DNA of 64,000 bases, taken from assembly GCA_046563655.1 (NCBI GenBank), contig CM102284.1, forward strand, positions 1,054,001 through 1,118,000. The letters are read 5' to 3'. The notes beneath the pieces were generated by a model that was given only the letters and a program-made list of their open reading frames with translations, had not been told where the DNA came from and searched no databases. Within the stretch, counting starts at the first letter, position 1, and the number at the start of each line of letters is the position of its first letter. Shown one piece after another: positions 25,983 through 38,405 of this stretch. This DNA is from Yuukianura sp. NJ FZ-2021. Its lineage: Eukaryota. Made by a program: the position numbers and the translations under genes.

Positions 25983-26737
25983 TAGTTTTTTGGTTGGTTG
26001 AAAAACAAGAATTTCTAAATGCAATCATAATGTAATAGTAAGCCATACATTTTGTACTTACTATATAGTTCATGCTCCAATGAATTCTGGATAAAAAGAA
26101 CTATTTTGTATCGGATCTTTATAAAATATTTTATTTGTACTTTTTAGTTGTGTTTAATTTTTGGCACGCGCATGGAAACATCTTGGGAAAAAGATAATTT
26201 TGAACTGAAAAAGAATTCTGGAAAGAAAGAAATCGATATTTTTTTTTTTGGAGAGGAATTCAATATTCTATGTACAATGATATTTTTCCTTATTGAAGCG
26301 GCACTTAAAACATTTTTAAAAACTTTTTCTAGGTTAGCATAAATTTTTAAAATGTTTAAGAAATTGGAAATTTTGAAGGGGATTATTTCCAAATGCTTTT
26401 CGTGAAAAGGCGTTTTATGTCAATCAATAACTTTGGAATAGTCATAAAGCGAGGGGATAGAAAGCCATATTGAATTGCATAAAAATTTCAAACAAATTTT
26501 TTTTTTCAAAAAGTTTTCTTAATTTTTTGACTTACACGTGTCGTCTTTAAAAATATTTTTGCTGCATGAACGTCCTCCTGAACGGAGAGGGAAAATTTAA
26601 TGAAATTGTAAATATCTTATAAGATCCTCCCTACTTCACAGAACAGAAAGTCATAATTGAAAAAAAGTACAAAGCAAAAAAATTAGTTGACTTTCAAATT
26701 TTCAAAAAGTTTCAACTCCATTTGGTTAATTGGTGCA

Positions 26738-27497
26738 ATGATTTCGAAAAGAACATTTGAACTACTTGCAATTTGGTACAACACGATCAGCTTCTTTCTC
26801 ATTTGTCCCGTTTCAGTTGAAACTCACACAAATAAAATTGTCAATCCAGGAGACAAATTTCATCGAAAAATTTACAACTCAGGATGGAAATATATTGAGT
26901 ACTTGTTGATAATTTTGGAAGTTTTGCTCATTCTGTGGTTCCTGGCAATTATTGTATTTGGGTCTGCACAACTCGAAGAGCGATCAATTTTAGCTGTACT
27001 ATGCTGTGCCCTTGTACTCTGCCTCCTAATAGATCACTTTCGTGTAACAGAGTCACAAACAAGAACTTTGAACAAGTTGTTCAATTTTGCCAAAACATTT
27101 CGTAAGCTAAAGCATTTACATAAAAACATTTGTTTTGCAATTTTCGTTTGCTTTAAATTAAATTTTGTTGCACATAAGCAGCAATACCTACGCGGCTGGA
27201 AAATTTTATAATTTTGTAGTTGTAAACTTCGTAAACAGACCAAAGCTGACAATCTTAAATCCGACAACGACAAGGTTGCTATAGCGGCCAAGTATACAAA
27301 TAGGCTAACAGGTTATATCATAACCCCGATTTAAAAAAAAAACACAAAAGAAAAACAACATTGGTACCAATTTTGTTGATTTTCACAATAATTACGAGTT
27401 ATTCATATTATAATCTAACTTAAATCCTACTTCTTTTCTCAACCTGCCTTTGGCAGGTGACTGTGAAAAAATTCGATAAATAAATAATCTAGCTCAC

Positions 27498-27528
<31 letters not shown>

Positions 27529-28716
27529 ATTTTGGAACTTTTTAATTTTCAAGTTGCAGATTCATGGTAGCTTTGATTTCAAATTGGTAATGCAAAGGAG
27601 TCGCGTCAGATGTGCGGCTTAAAATTTTAAAATTTGAAAAGAGGAGTTATTTTATAACCTGTTAAGAAAAAAACCAACAAAATTTCAATTTAAGCAATCT
27701 TTCAACAGCCGACAACGGCTAAATTCGACCAAATTAAAAGCCGGTTATAATGTTCGGCTTTTGAAATTGTCGGGATTTGCATATCGGCTGTAAAATGGAA
27801 CAAGTTTCATTAATTTTTTTAGAATTGATGTTTAATGTGGAGCCAATTTTGAAAGACGGTAACGAGAAAATTTTGAAACTGATGTTCATCACTGTACTCA
27901 TGTGTCCCTTTGTGGAACTTCCTGGAGTATTGCTATTACTGTCACAGGACTGGCAACTTGTGAAAGCCATACATGCTCTTCTGGCATTTTTATCAATTAA
28001 CACGTACATGGCAATGGCGCTAATTATGCTCTTTCTTACTACGCTTTGGTGTAATGTCCTGGGATTCATGGTCTCAGTCATGATCTTCCAGTCATCCCTC
28101 AACAGATTCTTGAGCATGCGCAACATGGCGTACGTTTCTTTCGTTTTTACCAATGTTGGAAAAATTTATAAACAAATTCTGAACTCCTTGTTACACAAAT
28201 TTGAGCAGTTTCTATAAAATTTGTGATTTTTCAATGATCAAACTTTGTTTGAAATTGTGCAGAATCAAGTATGAAAAGCGTCTGCCCAATATTGTGCAAA
28301 AGTCAGAGTTACTTTACCGCTCTCTGCAACTTTTGCATGAAGAAGTAACAGAGATAGGGCGAATCGTGTGTCCTGGATTGCAGTACGTTGCAGTCGTATT
28401 CCTCATCAGCGTTGGTTACGTTTTAATCAACGCTGGACACTACCTCAATCCCTTCATCTTTGTATTTTTTGTATTCTTGGAAGTAGCTGCATTTGTCATC
28501 TACTGGACAGTGATGGAACTCTTTTCGCAAATTGGCATCAATTCCCGCAAATTTCCAAAAGCACATTACAGCATTCTAAGTTCGCAATTTCGACGGTCGT
28601 GTCGCCAAATGCGGTGGAAGATGGGCGGATCCTATTACATTCAAAAGTGCACTTTCCCATCACTCATCAAAAACGTAGTCCTAAAAGCACTCATAAAATT
28701 AATCATTACATTTTAG
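26738..28716 (+). CDS. GR/OR-like 7TM chemoreceptor, copy 1 (exons 26738-27101, 27823-28129, 28263-28716)
   Basis: About 375 aa with multiple hydrophobic segments; C-terminus 'SCRQMRWKMGGSYYIQKCTFPSLIKNVVLKALIKLIITF' resembles the TM7 region of insect GR/OR; splice sites conserved among 5 paralogs. Confidence 0.7.
27271..27702. mobile_element. MITE, CAAGGTTG-TIR family, copy 2 (intron 1 of GR-like copy 1; contains a long poly-A run)
   Basis: Homologous to 38700-38990 and 55300-55484 (CAAGGTTGCTATAGC...AACAGGTTAT...AACCTGTTAAGAAAA...). Confidence 0.65.
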
Positions 28717-29456
28717 TTAACCCAATTCGCGTTAGACGTCGTGTTAGAATATACATCAAACTAAATTAATACTCGTATTGCATGTACGGCCTATGCTATT
28801 TTCAAAAAGTTCGATAAAAATTCATCGTTTTTTGAAAAAAACTAGCAATGCACAGATAACTTGAATTGTTTATGAATTTCAATTGATTATCCTGTCCAAA
28901 TAAATACACAATTTTTTTTTTCGAAAAATTGACAATTTTGGGTGTTTAAAAAAGTGACGAAGAGAAATGAAACTAAAAAGATCAGTATTTTTTTTAGAAG
29001 AAGTACATTCAATATTTTATATTCATTTTTTTCCTCCTTATCAAGGCACTTAACATATTGGTAAAAACTTCATCCAGGTAGGATAAAATATTGACGAAAT
29101 TCGCCATTTTGAAGGCGAGTTGTTTAAAAAAAAAGTTTTCCATGAAAAGACACGTTTAATCCACAAATTTGAAATATTGATAAAGTGGGAGAAAGCAGAA
29201 GAGGATGTCTCTTGATTGAATCGCATAAAAATTTTCAAACAAAAACTCACAAAAGTTGCTATTTTTAATCAACTTCCTTCACAACCCAAGTGCAAAATTT
29301 ATGAAAGCACTATCTTGGTTTGTAAATATGTCACAAGACTTTCCCTAATTTACAAAACAGAAATTCAAAATTGAAAAAAGTACATAACCAAAAACTTTAG
29401 TTGACTTTCAAATTTTCAAAAAGTTACATCTCCATTTTACCACTTACATTAGTACA

Positions 29457-30834
29457 ATGATTTCTAAAAGAACATTTGAGCTACTTGCAATTTGGTACAA
29501 CACAGTCAGTTTCTTTTTCATTTGTCCAATTTCAATGGAGACTCACACAAATAAAATTGTAAATCCAGGAGACAAATTTCATCGAAAAATTTATAATTCA
29601 GGATGGAAATATGTGCAGTACTTTATTATAATTGTGGAAGTTGTGCTCTGTTTGTGTTTCTTGGAAATTATTCTATTTGGATCTGCACAACTTGAAGAAC
29701 GCTCAATTCTAGCTGTACTATGCTTTGCCCTTGCACTCTGCAGCTTAATAAATCACTTTTACGTAACAGAATCACTAACAAAAATTTTGAACAAGATATT
29801 CAATTTTACAACGACATTTGGTAAGCAAACATTTGTTTTCAACTTTTCTGATTTTACTTGCTTTAGAAAATTTTTACTGCAGGACCTACCTTGCTGAAAG
29901 TTTTTACAACTTACAACAGTGTTGTATAATGTTGTACAACCGTTTTTTTTTCAGAATTGATGTTTAATGTGGAGCCAATATTGAAGGATGGTAACGAAAA
30001 CATTTTGAAAATGATGTTCATCACTGTACTTGTGTGTCCCTTTGTGGAAATTCCTGGAATCCTGCTTGTGCTGTCGCAGGAATGGCAACTCGTGAAAGCC
30101 ATAAAGGTTTTTCTGGCATTTGTGTCAATTAACACGTACGTGGCAGTGGCAGTAGTCATGGTGTTCGTTACTACACTTTGGTGTAATGTCCTGGGATTCA
30201 TGGTCTCAGTCATCATCATCGAGTCATCACTCAACAAAATTTTGACCATGCGCAATACCGCGTACGTTTCTATTTCTGTCTCTTTTTACAGTTTTTTGTC
30301 TACTTCAAATACGTCTTGATACAAATTTGAGTTTTTTTGTAACACAAATTGATGATCAAATTTTGTTTCATTTTGTGCAGAATCAAGTACGAAGTGCAGA
30401 TGCCCAATATTGTTCAAAAGTCAGAGTTGCTTTACCGCTCTCTGCAACTTTTGCATGAAGAAGTAACAGAGATTGGGCGAATCGTGTGCCCTGGGCTGGA
30501 GTACGTTGGAGTCGTATTCCTCATTAGTGTTGGTTATGTTTTAATCAAGGCTGGACACTTCCTCAACCCATTCATATTTGCACTTTTTGGATTCCTGGAA
30601 GTGGCTATAGTCGTCATCTACTGGACAGTGATGGAACTCTTTTCGCAAATTGGCATAAATTCCCGAAAATTTCCAAAAGCACACTACAGCATTCTAAGTG
30701 CCCATTTTCGACGTTCGTGTCGCCAAATGCGGTTTAAGATGGGCGGATCCTACTACATTCAAAAATGCACGTTCCCATCACTCATCAAAAACGTAGTACT
30801 AAAAGCACTCATAAAATTAATCATTACATTTTGA
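29457..30834 (+). CDS. GR/OR-like 7TM chemoreceptor, copy 2 (exons 29457-29820, 29955-30261, 30381-30834)
   Basis: High similarity to copy 1 with the same intron phases. Confidence 0.7.
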
Positions 30835-31674
30835 TTAATTCAATTCGAATTAGATGTCATATTACTCCATACTTCAAACTAAATTAACGTGTTACATTAG
30901 CATATACCCAATGATATTTTCAATAAATTCAATAAAAATGCATCTTTTTTTTAAAAAATACAATACACAGACTAAGCTTAATTGTGACCGTAGCTGATTA
31001 TTCTCTCAAAAAAACGGAAGTTTATATTGAAAAATCGGCAACTTTGAAGGTTGAAAAAAGTGAATACTTTATGAATTGTTCAAATTTGAGTTTCTAACTT
31101 CTTTAGTTCTTATCCTTTGACAGGGGCATTAGAGTAACTTAAAAAAAAGTATGTTTGAAGTTTGAAAATAATTTTTAAAAAAGAAGAAATCAATATTTTT
31201 TTTGAAGAAAAATTTAATATTATACCTTGACTTTTTTTTTTATATCAAGGCACTTTTTGAAAACATGTTTTTAAAAACTTATTCCTGTGAATTGCTAAAA
31301 TATTTAGGAAATTGGCAACTTTAAAGGCAATTATTTTTTGAAAAGCCTTTCATGAAAACACATTTTCAATCAACAACTTTGAAATAATGATGAAGAAGGA
31401 GGAGAATGGCAAGTCTTCTAATCCAATCGTACAAAAAATTTTCCATTTTTTTTTTTGCAAAAAAAGCTATTTTTTGCTATTTTTGGTACGTCGTAATTCT
31501 CAACCTACGTGCAAAATTTATAGAAGCGCTATAGTGGTTTCTAAATATTTCATAAGACTTTAACTACTTTACAGATAAAAAAAAATTCAAAATCAAAACA
31601 AAGTACAAAACAAAAAAATTTAGTTGACTTTCAAATTCTCTAAGCGTTACAACTCAATTTTGTCAAATAGTACA

Positions 31675-33319
31675 ATGATCTCTAAACGAACATTTGAGCT
31701 ACTTGCAATTTGGTACAACACAATCAGTTTCTTGTTCATTTGCCCAATTTCAGTTGAGACTCATACAAATAAAATTGTCAATCCTGGAGACAAATTTCAT
31801 CGAAAAATTTACAACTCAGGATGGAAATGTGTGCAGTGCTGTATGATAATTGTGGAAGTTTTAGTCTTTTTGTGGTTCTTGGAAATTATTCTATTTGGAT
31901 CTGCACAACTTGAAGAACGCTCAATCTTAGCTGTCATATGTTGTGCCTGTGTACTCTGCCTCCTAATACATCATTTCTACTTAACTGAGTCAACTACAAG
32001 AATTTTGAACAAGTTGTTCAATTTCGCAAAAACATTTCGTAACCAAATTTTATTACCTAAATTTTCTAATTTTACTCTAATTTTACTTGCATTTTGTTTT
32101 TTTAATACATATAGGAAGTAGAACTTACATGGCTGCAAATTTTTAATTTTGTGGAACATTGGGAACATTGTACGTTTCATTTGAAAAAAAAAAAGTTGTG
32201 TTTTTTTTCAGAATTGATGTTTAATGTGGAGCCAATTTTGAAAGATGGCAACGAGAAAATTTTGAAACTGATGTTCATCACTGTACTTGCGTGTCCCTTT
32301 GTGGAAGTTCCTGGAATCCTGCTTGTGCTGTCACAAGACTGGCAACTCGTGAAAGGCCTGAAGGCTCTTATGGCATTTTTGTCAATTAACACTTACGTGG
32401 GAGTGGCGCTAATTGTGGTCTTTCTTACCACACTTTGGTGTGATGTTCTGGGATTCGTTGTCACAGTCATGATCATCCAGTCATCACTCAACAGAATTTT
32501 GAGCATGCGCAATACCACGTACGGTTCCATTTTTTTTTCTTTAAGAAGTGAAAAAATTATAGTTTTTGTTTAATCAGGCTTTGACACAAATTTGAGTTTT
32601 CTGTTATTCAAATTTGCTTAGTTTTCAGCCCAAATTTGAGTTTTTTGTTGACTAGTTTTGCTATACAAATTCTGTTTTTTTTTTTTTTGCTTGCCAAATT
32701 TGAGTTTTTTTGCTACACAAATTTGAGTTTGAGTTATTTTGTTTACTGTGAGTTCCTTATGAGCAAACCACGATACAGATTTGAGTTGTTAGTTACACTG
32801 GTTTTAATGTGACTCTTTTTGGTTACACAAATTTATGGTTCAATTTTTTGTTTAAATTTATGCAGAATCAAGTATGAAGTGCACATGCCGAATATTGTAC
32901 AAAAGTCAGAGTTACTTTACCGCTCTTTGCAACTTTTGCATGAAGAAGTAACAGACATTGCTCGAATCGTGTGCCCTGGACTGGAGTACGTTGCAGTCGT
33001 ACTTCTCATCAGTGTTGGTTATGTTTTAATCAAGTCTGGACACTTTCTCAATCCCTTCATCTTTGCACTTTTTGGATTCCTGGAAGTGGCTATAGTTGTC
33101 ATCTACTGGACAGTGATGGAACTCTTTTCGCAAATTGGCATCAATTCCCGCAAATTTCCAAAAGCACACTACAGCATTCTAAGTTCGCAATTTCGACGAT
33201 CGTGTCGCCAAATGCGGTGGAAGATGGGCGGATCTTATTATATTCAAAAAAGCACTTTCCCATCAATCATCAAGAACGTAGTACTAAAAGCACTTATAAA
33301 ATTAGTTATTACATTTTAA
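31675..33319 (+). CDS. GR/OR-like 7TM chemoreceptor, copy 3 (exons 31675-32038, 32212-32518, 32866-33319)
   Basis: Paralog with the same 3-exon structure. Confidence 0.7.
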
Positions 33320-33666
33320 ATTAACATAACCTAATTTATTTTAAAATAAAAGCCTAACCTTTGTACATACATGTGCTTTCAAAAGTATTAAACCAGTCCA
33401 TTTCGCTTATGAAGATTCAAAAATTTATGTAAAAATGACGAAAAATAATTTTTCTTAAATTTCGCAACATCTCAACCTAAAGAGTATTGGATCTGTTTAT
33501 TTTCAACTACCAAGGTTAGGCCAAATTCAGACAAAAATTTCGACTTGCACTAAAATTTAGGGATCGGCAGTTTTGCAATCTAAAATATAAAATTTCGAAA
33601 TAACAGAAAGAATTTAAACAGAAAATTTGGACAAAAACTAAAATTTGATTACTTGTGAACAAAATC

Positions 33667-35109
33667 ATGATTTCAACTGAGACGTTTCGCTTGTTGGCAA
33701 TTTTGTACAACATCGGCAGTTATTTTTTCATCTCCCCAATTTCCGTAGACGAACAAACGGATTTAGTTGTAGCACCATATGAAAAGTATCACAAAAAAAT
33801 TTACAAATTTGGATGGCTACTGTTGCAGTACAGTCTCATTGGGCTGGAATTCTTCGTTATCATTTTTGTATTGATCGTGTACAGCTTTGGATCTCCCCAA
33901 ATAGAAGAAAGATTCATAATCATTTTTATTTGTTGTGCAATGGTACTGCTCACTTTGATACACCACTTTTACATTACTCAATCCCACAACAATATCACAC
34001 TGCTCAACAAAATCTTCAACTTTGGCAAAAAATTTCGTAAGTCAAATTTGTATAAAAAATGCACAGTAGATGCAATTGATTTAAATTTCGACAAATACCT
34101 CTCTTTCTTAGATTGTTTTTTTTTGGAAAACAACACTTTTGAAAAAAAAATAGTTTTTTTTTTCAATTTTTTTCTTAGAAAAGAACTTCACTGTTGGTCC
34201 AGTTGAAAAGGATTGGAACGAAACCCTACTGAAGTTGACGTTTGCAACTATCGCATTGTCCCCACTTTTAGAAATTCCCGCTGGAATTTTTGTGGTCCAA
34301 AGGAAAGGATCGGAAAGTACGAAACTATTCATCGCCGTTGTAGAATACTTGCCTGTGAACATCTACGTTGCTGTCGTACTTGTCACTATTGCGGTGGTAA
34401 TACTTTGGGGCAACGTGATTGGATTCATAGTCACAGTCATTGTCATTGAGTCATTGCTCAATCGTTGTCTGAGCATGCGCAATACAACGTAAGTAGATTT
34501 CCATCCTACGCAACACCATGTTCCAATTTGTTCGCCCTTTGGTTAAGAAACTTGGAATACCCTTGCATTCCAAATTCCGTTTCCAAAATTCAAATTATTC
34601 AGTTTCAAAAATTCGAATTTTGAAAAAAAAATCAAATTTTTTACAAATTGCACAGAGTCAAAACTGAAGTACTGAGGTCCTCATTGGTCCGCAAGTCAGA
34701 ATTGCTCTACCGCAGCGTCCAACTTCTGCATGAAGAACTTGTTGATGTGACGAAGGTCGTTTGTCCAGGACTCGAGTACATTGGGATTGTGCTAATTATT
34801 ATGATGGGCTACGTTCTGCTCAAGACTGCACACTTTATTAGCTCATTCCTCTTTGTACTAGTTTTACTACTGGAAATACTTGCAGTCACAACCTACTGGG
34901 CAATCATGGAACTCTTTTCGCGAATTGGCATAAACTCTCGCAAATTCCCGAGAGCGCATTACAGAATTCTTGGTGCTAAATTTCGTCGGTCTTGTCGCCC
35001 AATGCGCTGGAAAATGGGTGGATCCTACTACATTCAGAAAAATTCTTTTCCGTCACTCGTCAAAAACGTAGTACTCAAAGTACTCATCAAATTAGTTCTT
35101 ACATTTTAG
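33667..35109 (+). CDS. GR/OR-like 7TM chemoreceptor, copy 4 (exons 33667-34036, 34179-34488, 34656-35109)
   Basis: More divergent paralog; retains 'KSELLYRS.QLLH', 'CPGLEY' and 'RRSCRPMRWKMGGSYY'. Confidence 0.7.
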
Positions 35110-35343
35110 TTTAAACAGAGTTATGTTGTGCTAGAAGTAAACAATACCTCAATTGCTAAATTTTAAATTTCAGTAATTTATGAAGTTGCAAATGCTACTT
35201 TATACATTTACTTTGTCTGTCCGACCGACCGGCCGAGAGTTGCCGTATTAGTTTTTACATAATTGTGTATAAAAGATTCAACAGGATTGGGACACAGGAC
35301 GGCAACAGATATGGAAATACAATTTTTAAGTTTTCGAAATTAG

Positions 35344-35464
35344 TCTTGTCGCGTAATGCGATGGAAACTATGTGGATCCTACTATATTCAAAAAAAATAG
35401 TTTTCCGTCACTAGTCAAAAACCTTATCCTTAAAGCCCTCATTAAATTAATCATCACATTTTAG
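35344..35464 (+). pseudogene. Orphan C-terminal remnant of a sixth GR-like paralog
   Basis: Translates SCRVMRWKLCGSYYIQ / (A8 frameshift) NSFPSLVKNLILKALIKLIITF*; no upstream exons found. Confidence 0.8.
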
Positions 35465-36334
35465 TTAGCCTAACCCGGCTCATATCCGTATATTTCAAAA
35501 CCAATTTATTCGAGTTCTCCAATGAAACATGCAGCAGATATTCGTATATTTTGAGGAAAAATAGCAGTTTAATTAAATTAGCATCATCCGCAAAAGAATT
35601 TGAAAAAAAATGGTTTAGTTGACAAAATGCTGCCTTCGACGTAGATTAATTAAAGATGAATTCGGGAAAAATAATTAAAAATTCCCGCGGGTTATATGAT
35701 CCGAGCCATATATCTTGTTTTTGGTGAATAATAGGTGCAGATTAGTTAAAAACAAACTTCTTTTTTTCTTTTAAACATTCTACGCTTTTTGTAGAAAGTA
35801 TCTAAGCCAATTACAGTCTGCATGTATTCACTCAAATTGGAAAAACAATAGTTTTTAGCCTTTGTTTTTGTTGTGTATTGTTTAGGTAATACAAAATTTT
35901 AAGTTTCTTGCATGTTTTTTAATTAAAAAAAATCAATTTCTTTTTCATTTGTCAAAATTGTCAATTTACAATTTGGAATATTCTGTTGTTTAAAGCAGCA
36001 GGCGGAAATTTAGCATTTTCATGGACAGCTAGATCCACCCCATAAGTTAAATAATTTAATTAATCAATTAAGAAGATCCAATAATTGTGTACTAAATTTC
36101 TCAACCATTAGAATTATGTGTTCGGTTTTACTAAATTTCCGGCTTTTAAAAAAATGGCTTACGCCCATGCACTTTTCAAATTAAAAAATGTTAAATTTTT
36201 CTACGACGTTCAAAGATTTCAACAAATGGACTCTATTCAAAAGCTCTACGCTGGCAGTAGTGCTTGGAACTAAGCTTTGCTATGTTTCGAAAAATATTTT
36301 TTTTGAAAATCTGAAATTTCACAATCGCCTGGAC

Positions 36335-37929
36335 ATGATATCTACAGAGACGTATCGTCTAATGGTTATTGTTTGCAACACGCTCAGCTATCTGTTCCAG
36401 TGTCCAGTTGCTTTTGATGAACAAACGAAACAATTCATTTCATCAGAACAAAAATTCCGCAGCAAAATATACCGTGTTGGCTGGAAATACTCCAATTACT
36501 TGCTCCTTGTAACGGAATTCTGCACTGCCTCGGGTATACTGGCAGTATACATCTTTGGATGTCCACAAATTGAAGAGCGATTTTTCATTATTTTCTTGTG
36601 TTGCGTAATTGCACTATGTTCTTTGGTACACCACTTCTACCTAACAGAAGCAGAGGCCGTCGTTGTCGTCATGAATAAATTGTTTGGATTCAACGAACAA
36701 TTTCGTAAGAAACGTTCTTTCTGCTGTAACTTAGTCCATTTACTACTAACTAACCTTCCAATTGCTCCATCTTTCGGAAGTTTGTAGAATAGGGCCTGAT
36801 AACTCAAGGGTTAGAGTGCTTTCCGAATAGAAAAGATGTGGGTTCGAATCCCACGCAGTCCCTTATTTTTTTCTAGACTCTCGTTCTTTGTATCTCAAAC
36901 CATGTGATCCCTAAACGTCACAACAGGCAGACAAACAGACAGGCACGTTATTACCATACATTTTTTTATAGTAAGGATGTTACAATATATTATATGTTTT
37001 TAAACTGAAATCCAAAATATTTTTTCATTTTAGAGACAACATTCAACGAGGCTCCGGTTGAACACGATGGAAATGAAATCATCATGAAGTCCTCGTTCGC
37101 CATTGTCCTACTGTCACCACTTTATGAAGCTCCTGGAGCTTTTGTACTTCTAACGCAAGAGTGGGAAAGTATGAAACTGCTGAACACAATTTTGGAATTT
37201 TTGTCAATCCACATTTACTTCGGCGTACCATATGTCACTCTTGTGTGCACAATGCTTTGGTGTAACATTTTGGTATGCTTGGTCACAGTCATCATCATCC
37301 AGTCATCCATGAACCGATGTCTGAGTATGCGCAACAAGCAGTGAGACAATTTCCGCTAAATTTGAACACAAAATTGAGAAAAAAAATTGACTTATTTTTG
37401 AAATTTTCTCAAAAATCAAATGTATTACTTACTTTACTTGGATTCTTACCTATTTTTTGTTGGAAAATGGTGCAGAGTGAAATTTGAACGCCGCGGCCCC
37501 ACGTTGGAACGAAAGTCTGAGTTGCTCTACCGGAGTTTGCAACTGCTGCATGCAGAAGTTACCGATCTCGGCCGAATTGTGTGTCCTGGACTGGAATATA
37601 CTGCGGCAGTACTCCTTATTAGCCTTGGCTACGTTCTGCTCAAGGATGGACAATACATGAATTCCTACATCTTCGTTTGGTTTGGCTTAGTAGCTGTTGT
37701 TACGTTCGTCTTGTACGGTGCAATAATGGACCTCTTTTCGCAAATTGGCACAAATTCCCGAAAATTCCCGAAAGCGCACTATGGAGCTCTGAATTCACAG
37801 TTCCGACGGTCATGTCGTCCAATGCGTTGGAAAATGGGCGGATCCTACTACATCCAAAAATGCACTTTCCCATCACTCATCAAAAACGTAGTCCTAAAAG
37901 CACTCATAAAATTAATTATTACATTTTAA
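36335..37929 (+). CDS. GR/OR-like 7TM chemoreceptor, copy 5 (exons 36335-36704, 37034-37340, 37476-37929)
   Basis: Paralog with the same intron positions and C-terminal motif. Confidence 0.7.
36792..36862 (+). repeat. tRNA-like cloverleaf (pseudo-tRNA or SINE head) in intron 1 of GR-like copy 5
   Basis: Acceptor GGGCCTG/CAGTCCC (6/7 pairs), D-stem ACTC/GAGT, T-arm GTGGG-TTCGAAT-CCCAC, oligo-T downstream; anticodon arm irregular. Confidence 0.6.
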
Positions 37930-38405
37930 TTTAACATCGTGTTATTCTAAAGCATAAATTAACAAATAGTTATTCATTATATTATATTAATTAATAGTCC
38001 ACATATGCCTCTACGTTTATTTTTATTAGAAATTAATGTCCCTTTTGAAAATAGACAAAGCGCAGATAAATTTGGCTGCTACAATAGCTGATCATTATCT
38101 GTAAGGTGAATGAGACTGCCGAGAAATTGTCAATTTTGGATGCGAGAAAAGTGACAACGAAAAATGAAACATTACACGTAAAAAATAATTTAAGAATTAG
38201 TTTTAACTTGTATTCACACATCACACATGTATAGCCACAAACAGATCTGTTAATATTGTTGTTAAAATGATTGAAGTGCATTTGTAGTTTTTAACAATAA
38301 AAATACCTGGAAATGTTCAATTCCACAGTTATAGTTGTGAACACTTCGCCAATTTTAAATATTCCATTCGAACAACTTTTGTCTGCAGTAACAAATTTAA
38401 TAACT

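Noticed and set aside
36792-36862. Functional tRNA gene call
   Set aside because: Irregular anticodon arm, an extra base between the T-stem and acceptor stem, and a repeat-like tail; kept only as tRNA-like.
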